From Promethearchaeota archaeon (lineage in GTDB: Archaea; Asgardarchaeota; Lokiarchaeia; Sigyniarchaeales; SOKP01): DNA of 64,000 nucleotides. The notes beneath the pieces were generated by a model, which searched no databases, was not told the origin of the DNA, and saw only the letters and a program-made list of their open reading frames with translations. This document shows, piece by piece, positions 50,052 through 60,019 of the stretch; within the stretch, counting starts at the first letter, position 1; each line of letters starts with the position of its first letter. The translations under genes were made by a program, and so were the position numbers. The stretch lies in NCBI GenBank assembly GCA_019058445.1, contig JAHPZA010000004.1:418184-482183 (forward strand), in the 5' to 3' direction.

Positions 50052-53000
50052 TTGAGCGAAAAAGGGAATAATTTAAGCTTATCTAGAGAAAATTATAAAT
50101 CTATTTTTAAACTACTCCCGCATACATCATATATTTGGCAAAAACTTGAAGATGATTTAATTTTAATTGAATATAATAGAGCAGCAGAAAAATTTACTGA
50201 AGGAAAAATCAAATCTTTAATAGGTATCAAAGCATCAGAACTATACAAGGAAAGACCTATAGTTCTCGAGGACTTAAAACGTTGTGTAAGAAATCAAACG
50301 GTAGTTTCTAGAGAAATAGTTCATAAATCAGTTACTACAGGTAAGGAAAGAAATCTTATCAGATTTTATAAATTTATTGAACCAGATTTAGTGCTTGTTC
50401 ATTCAGAAGATATAACTAAACAAAGATTAGCTGAAGCATCTTTAAAAAAAGAGGAAAAAGAAAAGTCAATGATATTGGAAGCCGTATCAGATCATATTAT
50501 TTATTACAATACTGATCAAGACATTATCTGGGCAAATCAAGCAGCCATTGATTCAGTAAATTTATCATATAAAGAAGTAGTTAGTAAAAAATGTTATGAA
50601 ATTTGGCAGAATAGAAATGAACCATGCGAATTTTGTCCTGTTTTAAGAGCTTTAAAGACTGGAAAAACTCAGACTAGTGAAGCAAGGACTCCAGATGGGA
50701 GGGTATGGTTCGTAAGTGGATTTCCTGTATGGGATGATGATGGGAATATAATAGGTATGGTCGAAATTACAAGAGATATTACCGCCCAAAAATATGTGGA
50801 AGAAAATTTACGTCGGGAACGAGACATTTTAGGTCGGCTGACAGATACAAGCCCAGTTGGAATTACTTTAGTAAATAAAGATGGGAAAATAATTTTTGCC
50901 AATGTACAAGCAGAAAAGATATTGGGATTAACTAAAAATGAGATTACTCAGCTTAGATATAATGCTCCAAGTTGGAAAATTACAGATTATGATGGAAATC
51001 CTTTTCCTGATGAAAAATTACCTTTCCAAAAGGTGAAGTCTACAAGAGAGTCTGTATTTGATGTGAGGCATGCAATTGAATGGCCCAATGGCAAAAAATG
51101 TTATCTTTCTATTAATGCATCGCCTATATTCGATGAAAACAAAAATCTTGAGGGAATGGTTGCAACTATTGAAGATATTACTGAAAAATGGGTAATAGAA
51201 CAAAATCTAAAAGAATCTGAAGAAAGTTTTAGGACGATTACAGAACAGTCCTTAATGGGAATATGCATTATACAAGATTTTGAAATAAAATATATAAATC
51301 AACAGATGGCAGATATTTATGGATATTCTTTGGAAGAAGTATATAGCTGGCAAGCTAAAGATTTTTTTAAAGTACTGGTGAATGAATCCAGAGAATATAT
51401 TATTGAACAAATAAAAAAAAAACAACAAAGTGCTAAAGATGTAGAAACACGTTATATCTCTAAAGCAATTAGAAAAGACGGTAGCTTAATTTGGGTAGAA
51501 AATTATTCAAAATCAATAATTTATCAGGGAAAATCAGCAGATCTGCTTACACAAATCGACATTACTGACAAAATGAAAGCGGAACAGAGATTAATTGAAT
51601 CGGAAGGAAAATATAGAGATATGGCAGAACTTCTACCGGATGTTATTTTTGAAGCAGATTTAGAAATGAATCTTAAATATGTGAATCCTGCAGGATTTGC
51701 TATGTTTGGATATTCACTTCAAGAAATGGAGAATGGAATAAATCTTAAGCAACTATTAACAACTGATTCATTGAAAAAAGCTATAAAAAGAGTTAAAGAT
51801 ATTTCATTAGGAATATCTACTTCTCCGAATGAATACGAATTAGTCAAAAAAGATGGAAGTAAATTTTATGGAAGGGTTCATTCAAGATCCGTAATTAAAG
51901 ATGATAGAATAGTTGGATTCAGAGGTACAGTTACAGATATTACGGATATAAAGTTAGCAGAACAAAAATTAAAAGAATCAGAGGAAAAATATCGAATTCT
52001 TATAGAAAAATCATTGCAGGGGATATGCATTCTCCAAGATGTTAGAATTATTTTTGCAAATGAGGCTTTATCTGAAATCTTAGGATATAGTATTAACGAA
52101 TTATTATCATTTTCCAACGAGGAAATAATAAATCTAATACATCCAGATGATAGAAAATTAGTTTTTAATCGTCATATGGCACGTTTAGAAGGAAAATCAG
52201 TTCCTGCACGTTATGAATTTCGAGTTCTTAGAAAGGATGGAGTTGTTAGAATCGTTGAAATGTACGCTTCACGCATTAATCTTAATAATAAAACTGCTGT
52301 TCAAGAAGTTTTTATAGATATTACAGAACGTAAGAAGATTGAAGAAAAATTAAAAAAATCCGAGGAAAAATATCGTGAAGCATACAATCGAATTAACTTA
52401 TATAAGGACTTATTTACCCATGATATCAATAATATTTTCCAAAACATTTTATCCTCTAACGAGCTTGCCATGTTATATTCTAATATTCCAGAAAAATTAC
52501 AGGATTACGTTGAAGTTGCCAATCTTATAAAAGAACAAGTTTCAAGAGGATCAAAATTAGTATCAAATGTCCAAAAACTATCTGAACTTGAAGACGTTGA
52601 TAAGCCATTATATACTTTAGAAGTGTATAGTGTTTTAAATAATGTAATAAATTCAATTAAAAAGAGTTTTCTTCACAAAAAAATAGAAATCAATATTTAT
52701 TCTTCTGAAAATCAGTATCTTGTTAAGGCAAATGAGTTATTTTTTGATGTTTTTGATAACATTTTGATGAATGCTGTAAAACATAATAAAAATCTGACAA
52801 TTGAAATTCAAATTAAAATCTCACAAAATTTAATCGATGATATAAACTACGTGAGAATTGAATTTAGTGATAACGGTGTTGGCATACCAGACATTATGAA
52901 AGATGTTATTTTCCAGAGAGATGTAAAGAAAGAAAAAGCAAGTGGAATTGGATTAGGACTATTGTTAGTAAAGAGAATAGTGGAAAGTTATAAAGGATCG

Positions 53001-53075
53001 GTAAAAGTGGAAGATAGAGTTCTCGGAGATTGCTCAAAAGGAAGTAATTTTATAGTATTAATTCCAGGGTCATAA
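50052..53075 (+). CDS. Multi-PAS sensor histidine kinase
   Basis: About six PAS/PAC repeats (DIT..K..E), H-box HDINN, NAVKH, DNGVGI, GIGLGL; no TM helix. Confidence 0.94.
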   Translation: MSEKGNNLSLSRENYKSIFKLLPHTSYIWQKLEDDLILIEYNRAAEKFTEGKIKSLIGIKASELYKERPIVLEDLKRCVRNQTVVSREIVHKSVTTGKERNLIRFYKFIEPDLVLVHSEDITKQRLAEASLKKEEKEKSMILEAVSDHIIYYNTDQDIIWANQAAIDSVNLSYKEVVSKKCYEIWQNRNEPCEFCPVLRALKTGKTQTSEARTPDGRVWFVSGFPVWDDDGNIIGMVEITRDITAQKYVEENLRRERDILGRLTDTSPVGITLVNKDGKIIFANVQAEKILGLTKNEITQLRYNAPSWKITDYDGNPFPDEKLPFQKVKSTRESVFDVRHAIEWPNGKKCYLSINASPIFDENKNLEGMVATIEDITEKWVIEQNLKESEESFRTITEQSLMGICIIQDFEIKYINQQMADIYGYSLEEVYSWQAKDFFKVLVNESREYIIEQIKKKQQSAKDVETRYISKAIRKDGSLIWVENYSKSIIYQGKSADLLTQIDITDKMKAEQRLIESEGKYRDMAELLPDVIFEADLEMNLKYVNPAGFAMFGYSLQEMENGINLKQLLTTDSLKKAIKRVKDISLGISTSPNEYELVKKDGSKFYGRVHSRSVIKDDRIVGFRGTVTDITDIKLAEQKLKESEEKYRILIEKSLQGICILQDVRIIFANEALSEILGYSINELLSFSNEEIINLIHPDDRKLVFNRHMARLEGKSVPARYEFRVLRKDGVVRIVEMYASRINLNNKTAVQEVFIDITERKKIEEKLKKSEEKYREAYNRINLYKDLFTHDINNIFQNILSSNELAMLYSNIPEKLQDYVEVANLIKEQVSRGSKLVSNVQKLSELEDVDKPLYTLEVYSVLNNVINSIKKSFLHKKIEINIYSSENQYLVKANELFFDVFDNILMNAVKHNKNLTIEIQIKISQNLIDDINYVRIEFSDNGVGIPDIMKDVIFQRDVKKEKASGIGLGLLLVKRIVESYKGSVKVEDRVLGDCSKGSNFIVLIPGS

Positions 53076-53339
53076 TTAGGCAATATTACAATTAAATTCT
53101 GAGAAAAATTTATTTAGTCTGGATGAAAAGAAGGATAATATAAGCCAAATTTATTTTTTATTTTAAAAAAGTTTTTAGGCATACAAAATTATAAAAGTAT
53201 CGATCTACAAATTCTTAAATATAAAATTTTTTTCAGTATATTCATACGACAATTTTACCTTTATTAATATAAAAAATAATGGGGCTTCTCTGTTATTTCA
53301 AGTAGGTGTAATATTATTTAAGTCCGGAGGTGTCATAAT

Positions 53340-53723
53340 ATAGCAGCAAATATACTCATTGTTGAAGATGACCTATCATTACAGAGGCTATATGAGATGA
53401 TTTTGAAAACTTCTGGATTTAATGTAATAGGAAAAGCAAACAACGGGGAAGAAGCGGTACACTTTTATGAAACCAATTCATCAAGTTTGGATGTGATACT
53501 AATGGATCATAGAATGCCAATTAAAAATGGGATTGAAGCAACAAAAGAAATTCTTGAAAGGAATAATAAGACAAAAATTATTTTTACAAGTGCGGATAAA
53601 AGTATAAAAAAAACAGCTTTATTAACGGGAGCGATTAGTTTTTTAGAAAAACCTTTTAGTTTTGCTGATTTAGTAAAAGAAATTGAAAAAGTTCTAAAAG
53701 CAACTAACCTCTCCGCTAATTAA
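53340..53723 (+). CDS. Stand-alone response regulator (CheY-like receiver)
   Basis: ILIVEDD lies upstream of the track ATG (53397); ATA 53340 follows GGAGGTG. MDHRMP..NG, TS, KPF. Confidence 0.92.
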   Translation: MAANILIVEDDLSLQRLYEMILKTSGFNVIGKANNGEEAVHFYETNSSSLDVILMDHRMPIKNGIEATKEILERNNKTKIIFTSADKSIKKTALLTGAISFLEKPFSFADLVKEIEKVLKATNLSAN

Positions 53724-53774
53724 TATTTAGAAAATTATAATTTTATTAAACCAGTTTGTCATTTTAAAAAAGTA

Positions 53775-54770
53775 ATGGATATCTTAGACAAATTTCAAGG
53801 CTCTTTGATGGGAGTAGCAATAGGAGACACACTTGGACGTCCCTTTGAAGGCAAATTAAGAACAGAAATCTATTCTATTTTCACTAATTTTGAAGATTTT
53901 ATTCAAAATAAAAAAAATTTATTCAAAACATATACCGATGATACACAACTTACATTACATACAGCAGAGGCTTTAATTAGGGGTAATGGATTTAATCTTA
54001 ACAATTTTATTTCAGAATATGTAAAGTGGTTAGATGATCCTCCAATTGGAGCGGGTTATGGCTGTATTTCTTCGATTAATAAGTTAAGATATGGTGTACC
54101 ATGGGAAAAGGCAGCTTCCAATTCTGGTGGAAACGGTACTGCTATGCGAATAGCACCCGTCGGATTATTTTATTATAAAGACTTAAAAGGATTAAAATCT
54201 GCGGCCATAAAATCGAGCGTTCTAACACATTCACATCCTGCAGCCTCAGCAGCTTCAATAGTTATAGCTAGAGCTATTGCATATTTAATTGATAAGGATC
54301 CAAAGATTAGGTTTTCTGTGGACCAATTTTTTGATGTAATCATATCTTCTATAGCTAGTTCTCAAGAGGAAATATGGGAAGAATTTATTGAATCATTAAA
54401 CAAATTAAAATCAAATTTACATGTTTCAATTGAAGCTGGTTTGATTAAGTTTTCTCAAATTGGAGTAAAATCACCGTTCTTTATCGAAGATTATTTAGGA
54501 CATGCTTTTGTCCATCCATATGCTATTAGCACAGTTATTTGTTCAATATTCCTTTTTTTGAAAAAGTTAACTTCATTTAAGGATTGTATTTTCGAACTTG
54601 CTACCGCTGGAGGAGATAGTGATACCGTAGGGGCTATTGGTGGTGCTTTAGCAGGAGCATATTTTGGTTTAAAAAATATCCCTAATGATTTAATAAAACT
54701 AGTTAAAAATTATAAGAAAATCTTAAAAATTAGTGAAGAGCTTTATAATACTTTTAATGTGCGATATTAA
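53775..54770 (+). CDS. ADP-ribosylglycohydrolase (DraG/ARH family)
   Basis: G.AIGD.LG, YTDDTQ, GNGTAMR, THSH, GGDSDT.GAI.G. Confidence 0.93.
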   Translation: MDILDKFQGSLMGVAIGDTLGRPFEGKLRTEIYSIFTNFEDFIQNKKNLFKTYTDDTQLTLHTAEALIRGNGFNLNNFISEYVKWLDDPPIGAGYGCISSINKLRYGVPWEKAASNSGGNGTAMRIAPVGLFYYKDLKGLKSAAIKSSVLTHSHPAASAASIVIARAIAYLIDKDPKIRFSVDQFFDVIISSIASSQEEIWEEFIESLNKLKSNLHVSIEAGLIKFSQIGVKSPFFIEDYLGHAFVHPYAISTVICSIFLFLKKLTSFKDCIFELATAGGDSDTVGAIGGALAGAYFGLKNIPNDLIKLVKNYKKILKISEELYNTFNVRY

Positions 54771-54771
54771 T

Positions 54772-55422
54772 CTAATTTAGTTTTTTGTTTATATAATTTT
54801 TCAATTTAATTAAATAAACTGTCTCAAATTTTGAGGATTTAATTACATTAAAGAATATATTTAACTCTTTTTGGCATGCTTTGCAAAATTTAGAGGGTTT
54901 TTTATCAACATAATAGACGCTACTTGAAAATTGCATAACACAGTCATTATCACAGTGATGTAGGCCTAAAGTGTGTCCGATTTCATGTATCGCCTCTTTC
55001 AATATTCTTTTTTGTTCCCTCTTCTTCTTTGTTCTTCTATTGTAAAATTGTTCTCTAAGCCGTGTAATGGACACTATTGACACTCCGGGGGAATCTAAAT
55101 CCTTTCTTGTTCTCGCAAGTCCAAAAACAAAATGATAAGGTTTCTTATTTTTGCTTATAGAGAAGATATCTTTATCTAATATCCCAAGGGTACAAAATAA
55201 CTTGTTGCTTTTTACATAATATTCCAATTTTCTTAAAATAGATTTTCCATAATACTGTTGTCTTTCCAGAATGTAATCAGTTTCATCTAAAGGAAACATT
55301 TTAGGTAGAATATCTACTGATACAATGAAATTTTTAAAGAATCTATTTAAGTGCTTCTGTAAATATTGCAAGATTTTACCATCTAAATCTCCTATTTGCA
55401 CCAAATAGACCTTTTTTTCCAA
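54772..55422 (-). CDS. amzA: Archaemetzincin (peptidase M54)
   Basis: FVFGLA, KEAIHEIGHTLGLHHC...CVM.FS, FCKAC. Confidence 0.88.
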   Translation of the reverse strand: MEKKVYLVQIGDLDGKILQYLQKHLNRFFKNFIVSVDILPKMFPLDETDYILERQQYYGKSILRKLEYYVKSNKLFCTLGILDKDIFSISKNKKPYHFVFGLARTRKDLDSPGVSIVSITRLREQFYNRRTKKKREQKRILKEAIHEIGHTLGLHHCDNDCVMQFSSSVYYVDKKPSKFCKACQKELNIFFNVIKSSKFETVYLIKLKNYINKKLN

Positions 55423-55607
55423 ATTTCAACCTCAAAAAAATTCATTTTATTCTGCTCTAGAGATATAAATGAAATGTTAAACATATTATTACCGCTTTTG
55501 ATTCATAAAAAAATAAAATTGATAAAATATCATTAATTCTCTTAAAAATAAATTAAAATTTAGAATTAAAAATTTTTATTTAGTTTAACATTTCCCTCTA
55601 TAATAAT

Positions 55608-55710
55608 GGGAGGGTGGTCTAGCCTGGTATGATTCTTAAAAGAAAAACGCTTTAAGTATAAATCTTGGTTTGGGACCAAGGGGCCGGGGGTTCGAATCCC
55701 CCCTCTCCCA
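55608..55710 (+). tRNA. tRNA-Pro(UGG) with a 29-nt non-canonical intron (55634-55662, position 25/26)
   Basis: Acceptor GGGAGGG/CTCTCCC, anticodon arm CTTGG-TTTGGGA-CCAAG, T arm GGGGG-TTCGAAT-CCCCC; BHB motif at the intron ends; CCA not encoded. Confidence 0.93.
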
Positions 55711-55783
55711 TTCTTCTTTCTTATTATTCTCTTTTCCGCAGATTGAGTTGATTTAATGAACCCATTATCAATAGAAGACTATT

Positions 55784-56083
55784 TTATACATTCTCAACGT
55801 TTACCAACACCTCTTCCTCAATAGTGTTTTCAGACTTAAAGTAAATTTCTGGTATAAGCTCATTAATAGTAGAAACAAGTGAAAGTAGAATTGCAGGACT
55901 TTTGGATGTTATCTTATAATATTTATGCAATCTAATTCGTTCTGAAACTTGAATATTTATTTTGAAAAATTCGAATAATTGGATTAGGTCATCTTTAATT
56001 TCCTTTTTTTTTTGGATCCATACGGATATTGTTTTATTCTTTTTATCTAGTTTCTTATTTTGAATCTTTATTTTTAAAATCAT
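55784..56083 (-). CDS. Hypothetical protein
   Basis: 99 aa ORF filling the intergenic space. Confidence 0.65.
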   Translation of the reverse strand: MILKIKIQNKKLDKKNKTISVWIQKKKEIKDDLIQLFEFFKINIQVSERIRLHKYYKITSKSPAILLSLVSTINELIPEIYFKSENTIEEEVLVNVENV

Positions 56084-56220
56084 AATAATACATTATCTGG
56101 ATATAATTTGAAATCAAATAAGAGATTAAATTATTTATTTAAGAAATTATAAAAACAAGGAGTATTTTTCTAAGTTTAAAAAAAATGCTAAAAAAGCTAT
56201 TTTTAATTTAATTTTTAGAA

Positions 56221-56793
56221 TTATTTAGCAGGCTTATTCTTCAGTTTTCTAATTAATAGAGTCAAAACAGCTAAAATTATCCAAATAAAAATTATACCCA
56301 TTAATATAAATTTTACAAGAGCAAAACAACTGTGAGTTATTGCCCATGTGTCAGGAAACCCTTGAGGATCGGTGAGCATTAATAAAATAAATACATTTTC
56401 CGTAGCATCACAGCACGCAGAAATAACTCCAAAAATGGCACTAATATATCCCATTTTTCTCCATCCTGAATCTTCATCGAATTTCCGAGAGATATAAAGT
56501 GACAAACTGAAATATAAAGTTCCATATGCAAGCATATAAGGGTAATCTAGTAGCTGAGCAATTCGATAAAGATCTATTTCTGCTGAACTCATTGTTCTAA
56601 GATGTGATTTTATAGTCGCTCCTGAGAATGAGAGTTGACTTTCAAAGACACTCACGGGATAATTAGAAATTATGTAATAATAATTGAGAATCGGATATAC
56701 AATTAGATATAAAATAATACTGCTAATTAGCAATATTTTAGTTTTTTTAGGGGAAGGTTTATCGGATAATTTTTCAAGCAAAATAATAATCAA
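56221..56793 (-). CDS. 4-TM hypothetical membrane protein (tandem paralog 1)
   Basis: YPV..FESQLSFSG, LDY, CD..EN, HSCFAL.KF shared with the next ORF. Confidence 0.82.
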   Translation of the reverse strand: MIIILLEKLSDKPSPKKTKILLISSIILYLIVYPILNYYYIISNYPVSVFESQLSFSGATIKSHLRTMSSAEIDLYRIAQLLDYPYMLAYGTLYFSLSLYISRKFDEDSGWRKMGYISAIFGVISACCDATENVFILLMLTDPQGFPDTWAITHSCFALVKFILMGIIFIWIILAVLTLLIRKLKNKPAK

Positions 56794-56943
56794 CTATGAT
56801 ATGATTTGTATAAATGTAAAACACTAGGACAATCTTATTAATAAATATTATTAATGTCTTTGGATCCTTTTTACTAAGATCTTATGAGAATATCTGATAT
56901 GAAAAATAGTACAAATAAAAAAAATGAATTTTGGTATAATACG

Positions 56944-57501
56944 CTATTTCTTAGTGGATCGTTTATTTACAAGGAGACTAATGAGTGCTAAAATTATCCA
57001 TATAAACACCATTCCAAACAAGATGAATTTGGCCAGAGCAAAGCAGCTGTGAATTATAGCCCAAATATCAGGAAATTCCTGAGGATCTGTAAGCATTAGC
57101 AAGATAAATAAATTTTCAAGTCCATCACATATCGCAGCTGTAATTCCAAAAATAGCAACAATATAACCAGAATTTCTCCAACTTGTGTTTTCTTCAAAAT
57201 TTCTTGCGATTGTTAAAGCTAAAGAAAAATATAAAGATCCATAGCCGACCATAAGGCCATAATCGAGAATTGTCCAGATTAAATAATAATTTAATTGCTC
57301 AGTATTCATTGTGCGAAAGTGAGACTTAATAATTGCGCCACTAAATGACAATTGACTCTCGTAAAAACCTACGGGATACTTAGATAATTCATAAAAATAG
57401 TTCATGAGTATCATAAAAAAGAAATATAGTATGAGTCCTAAAATTATCATTATTTTAGTATTTTTTTTAGAAGGCTTTTCTGATAACATTTCCAATACCA
57501 T
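56944..57501 (-). CDS. 4-TM hypothetical membrane protein (tandem paralog 2)
   Basis: Same motifs as 56221-56793. Confidence 0.82.
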   Translation of the reverse strand: MVLEMLSEKPSKKNTKIMIILGLILYFFFMILMNYFYELSKYPVGFYESQLSFSGAIIKSHFRTMNTEQLNYYLIWTILDYGLMVGYGSLYFSLALTIARNFEENTSWRNSGYIVAIFGITAAICDGLENLFILLMLTDPQEFPDIWAIIHSCFALAKFILFGMVFIWIILALISLLVNKRSTKK

Positions 57502-57574
57502 ATAATCATCCCTCTTATTGTTAAATTTTTTTAGACTAGAATATAAAAAAATTTTTGGTGATATAAATTAATTT

Positions 57575-57844
57575 TTACTTTCTCATCCGTTTTAATTCCA
57601 TTGTAATTGCATTCATCCTATCCGGGCATTCTACTTGAATTACATCAGTATCAGGTCCCCAAGGAAAATTACCGCCAAATTGAAGTGTACTTATCGTTGG
57701 AAAAATATCATGATAAAAAATACCACATAATCCATTTGCTTTGTGAACACTTAATTCTATTTCATCGCCCACTTTATGATGCGCACTGCAACGTCCTTTA
57801 ATATCTTTAACAGTTCCTACAATTTTAAATATTTTTTGAGAAAT
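57575..57844 (-). CDS. TIGR04076-family small Cys protein
   Basis: Extension beyond the track start (57772) gives KIVGTVKDIKGRCSAHHKVGDEI...LC..FYH.IFP...GG.FPW...CPD; ATT 57844 or ATA 57847 follows GGTGA. Confidence 0.8.
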   Translation of the reverse strand: MSQKIFKIVGTVKDIKGRCSAHHKVGDEIELSVHKANGLCGIFYHDIFPTISTLQFGGNFPWGPDTDVIQVECPDRMNAITMELKRMRK

Positions 57845-57879
57845 TATTTTTCACCTTTGATAATTTTTTTTTCAAACAT

Positions 57880-57896
57880 TCAAACGATTTGTTTGA
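57880..57896. promoter_or_regulatory. Inverted repeat TCAAAC-N5-GTTTGA, candidate TetR operator
   Basis: Perfect 6-bp dyad just upstream of the TIGR04076 gene, next to a TetR gene. Confidence 0.45.
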
Positions 57897-57979
57897 TATT
57901 ACGAAAAATAATTGAATTAACTTTATAAATTTTATGAAAAATGAATAGATGCTAAATAAATATATCAAGTTATTGGAAA

Positions 57980-58579
57980 TTATTTCTTCATTCCTTTAAG
58001 TATTAGAGAAACAGTGAAGACTATTTCCTCGTTTATCTTAGAAAAATCAATATCCGTAATTTTAAAAACATTGAGATTTCTAACTGCCTTCATTTTAATC
58101 GCATCAGCAATAGCTAATATACCTTTTGCTATGCGATATGAATCACATTCTTGAAATACCCCTTTATTAACACATTCATCTATTATCCCACCAAGAAAAT
58201 CTACTTCTAACTTAGCCAAAAATTCACCTAATTGTTTGAAGATGGGTTGCTTTATTTGAATTATTTCTACTGTAATTGATGCTAAAACTGGAACATTTAA
58301 AAAAAAATATAATCGCTCTTCTAAAAATGTTAAAATTTTCTCTTCGCAACCCTTTAATCTCTTTAGTTTAGATTGAATGGCATCAAAATAATCTGCTTTT
58401 TCTTTAAGTACAACTTCATTGAAAATTTTGTCTTTATTTTTAAAATAATGGTAAAGCGACGTTTTATTTAACCCAACTTGCCTCCCTATATCTTCCATAG
58501 TCGTTTTTTCATAGCCAAAACGTGCAAAACATAGTCTAGCAGCATCGATAATTTTTTTCTTTTGTTCTTTTCTTTTCAT
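57980..58579 (-). CDS. TetR/AcrR-family regulator
   Basis: IIDAARLCFARFGYEKTTMEDIGRQVGLNKTSLYHYFKNKD. Confidence 0.93.
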   Translation of the reverse strand: MKRKEQKKKIIDAARLCFARFGYEKTTMEDIGRQVGLNKTSLYHYFKNKDKIFNEVVLKEKADYFDAIQSKLKRLKGCEEKILTFLEERLYFFLNVPVLASITVEIIQIKQPIFKQLGEFLAKLEVDFLGGIIDECVNKGVFQECDSYRIAKGILAIADAIKMKAVRNLNVFKITDIDFSKINEEIVFTVSLILKGMKK

Positions 58580-58739
58580 TTTATTAGGATCGATGTTATC
58601 TGAACAATTCGATTTAATTTTATATTTCTTATGAAAAATAAATATTCAATCTTTTTAATAAATTGTTTGATAATTTGAAATAATTCTTAGAATATTAAGT
58701 AGAAAAAAATATTGTTTTAAAAAAGAATAAAAAAGTCTC

Positions 58740-59924
58740 TTACTTTTTAAATCCTAAATTACCGAAGTATATTTTTTTAAGCATTTTTATGGATGATTTC
58801 GACAAATTTCTCTTCGTCTTCTCGATTTTTAAGGTTAAAATCATACTTATGATCCCGATTAACGTTTTCACTGCAATTTTAGCCTGATATTTTTTATAGA
58901 GCATTCTAAGAACGAGCCCTATAACAACAAAGATTGGAATAAAAAAGAACCAAAAGTTTATCACGTTAAATTGATGACGTATTGGAACGAAAAATAAGAG
59001 ATAATGTGCTAAATATATTGTTAAAGAATAGTAAGAGAAGTAAAACAGAAATCGATAATTTTTTTCGGTTTTTATGTGTTCTTCAAGATAAATACCGATT
59101 GAGAATATTACAAGTTGAACTCCACAAGAAAAGATTGCCCAATAAAAATTAGTGGGATGGATTAATACCTTAATATCATAGTTCGGATACCACACCCACA
59201 ATCCAAAAATTATAAGTATCGAACCTATAGATAACGAAGGATATAAAAGTTTTTTACATATTTGTTCTTTCCTTTCAATTGGGTTTTTAGTCTCGCTAAC
59301 TTCCAATAGTATATCTCCAACAACTGTCCCATAAAGAAGAAATGGAAAGAATCCTAAAATTACATCTTGATCAGACGAGTGGAATAAGATATGATACAAT
59401 ACACCGTAAATATTTAACTGCCCTGCATAAATAGCCAAATAAGAGAATAATATATGATTAGCAATCCAAGATATTCCCGAAATGCAAATTCTTGTCAATT
59501 TAGATGTGTTTAGGAGTGGAACAGTTAATAATAGTGAGATTCCAATTGTGAACAAAACAAACCAAGTCCATATATACCCGGGATCCATCAAAGCAATAGC
59601 GATGCACGTATTGAAGATGAGCCCGATTAATACTATTAACAAAGCACGAAAGATAAATCCATTTTTTACCATTTCTAAAGAAAAAGCATCTGATTTTTCT
59701 GCCATCATTATTCCCTTTCTATATGATATAATACCGCTTACTCCTGAAACAAACAAGAATCCTGCTGCCCCCACCCATGAAAAAAGAAAAATTAGAAAAT
59801 ACCATAACCATCTGCTATTTGGGTGAATCCACCAGTCCATAAGATGTCCACCAATCATGTAAAACATAGCAAGTCCCCGAAATATATCAATTGTCTTAAA
59901 TCTTTTCTGCGCCATAAAAATCAT
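58740..59924 (-). CDS. HGSNAT/DUF1624-like membrane acyltransferase domain protein
   Basis: RFKTIDIFRGLAM....H, FLFVSGVS, SLTIYLAH. Confidence 0.82.
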   Translation of the reverse strand: MIFMAQKRFKTIDIFRGLAMFYMIGGHLMDWWIHPNSRWLWYFLIFLFSWVGAAGFLFVSGVSGIISYRKGIMMAEKSDAFSLEMVKNGFIFRALLIVLIGLIFNTCIAIALMDPGYIWTWFVLFTIGISLLLTVPLLNTSKLTRICISGISWIANHILFSYLAIYAGQLNIYGVLYHILFHSSDQDVILGFFPFLLYGTVVGDILLEVSETKNPIERKEQICKKLLYPSLSIGSILIIFGLWVWYPNYDIKVLIHPTNFYWAIFSCGVQLVIFSIGIYLEEHIKTEKNYRFLFYFSYYSLTIYLAHYLLFFVPIRHQFNVINFWFFFIPIFVVIGLVLRMLYKKYQAKIAVKTLIGIISMILTLKIEKTKRNLSKSSIKMLKKIYFGNLGFKK

Positions 59925-60019
59925 TTAATCTTAATTTGATGAAAAATAAAAGCAGTTTATGATATAAATAGCTATTGAATTTAATAAGATTTAAAAATAG
60001 AATATGATTGATTAATTAA

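Noticed and set aside
55690-58000. Integrated element at the tRNA-Pro 3' end
   Set aside because: No duplicated tRNA 3' end or integrase seen.
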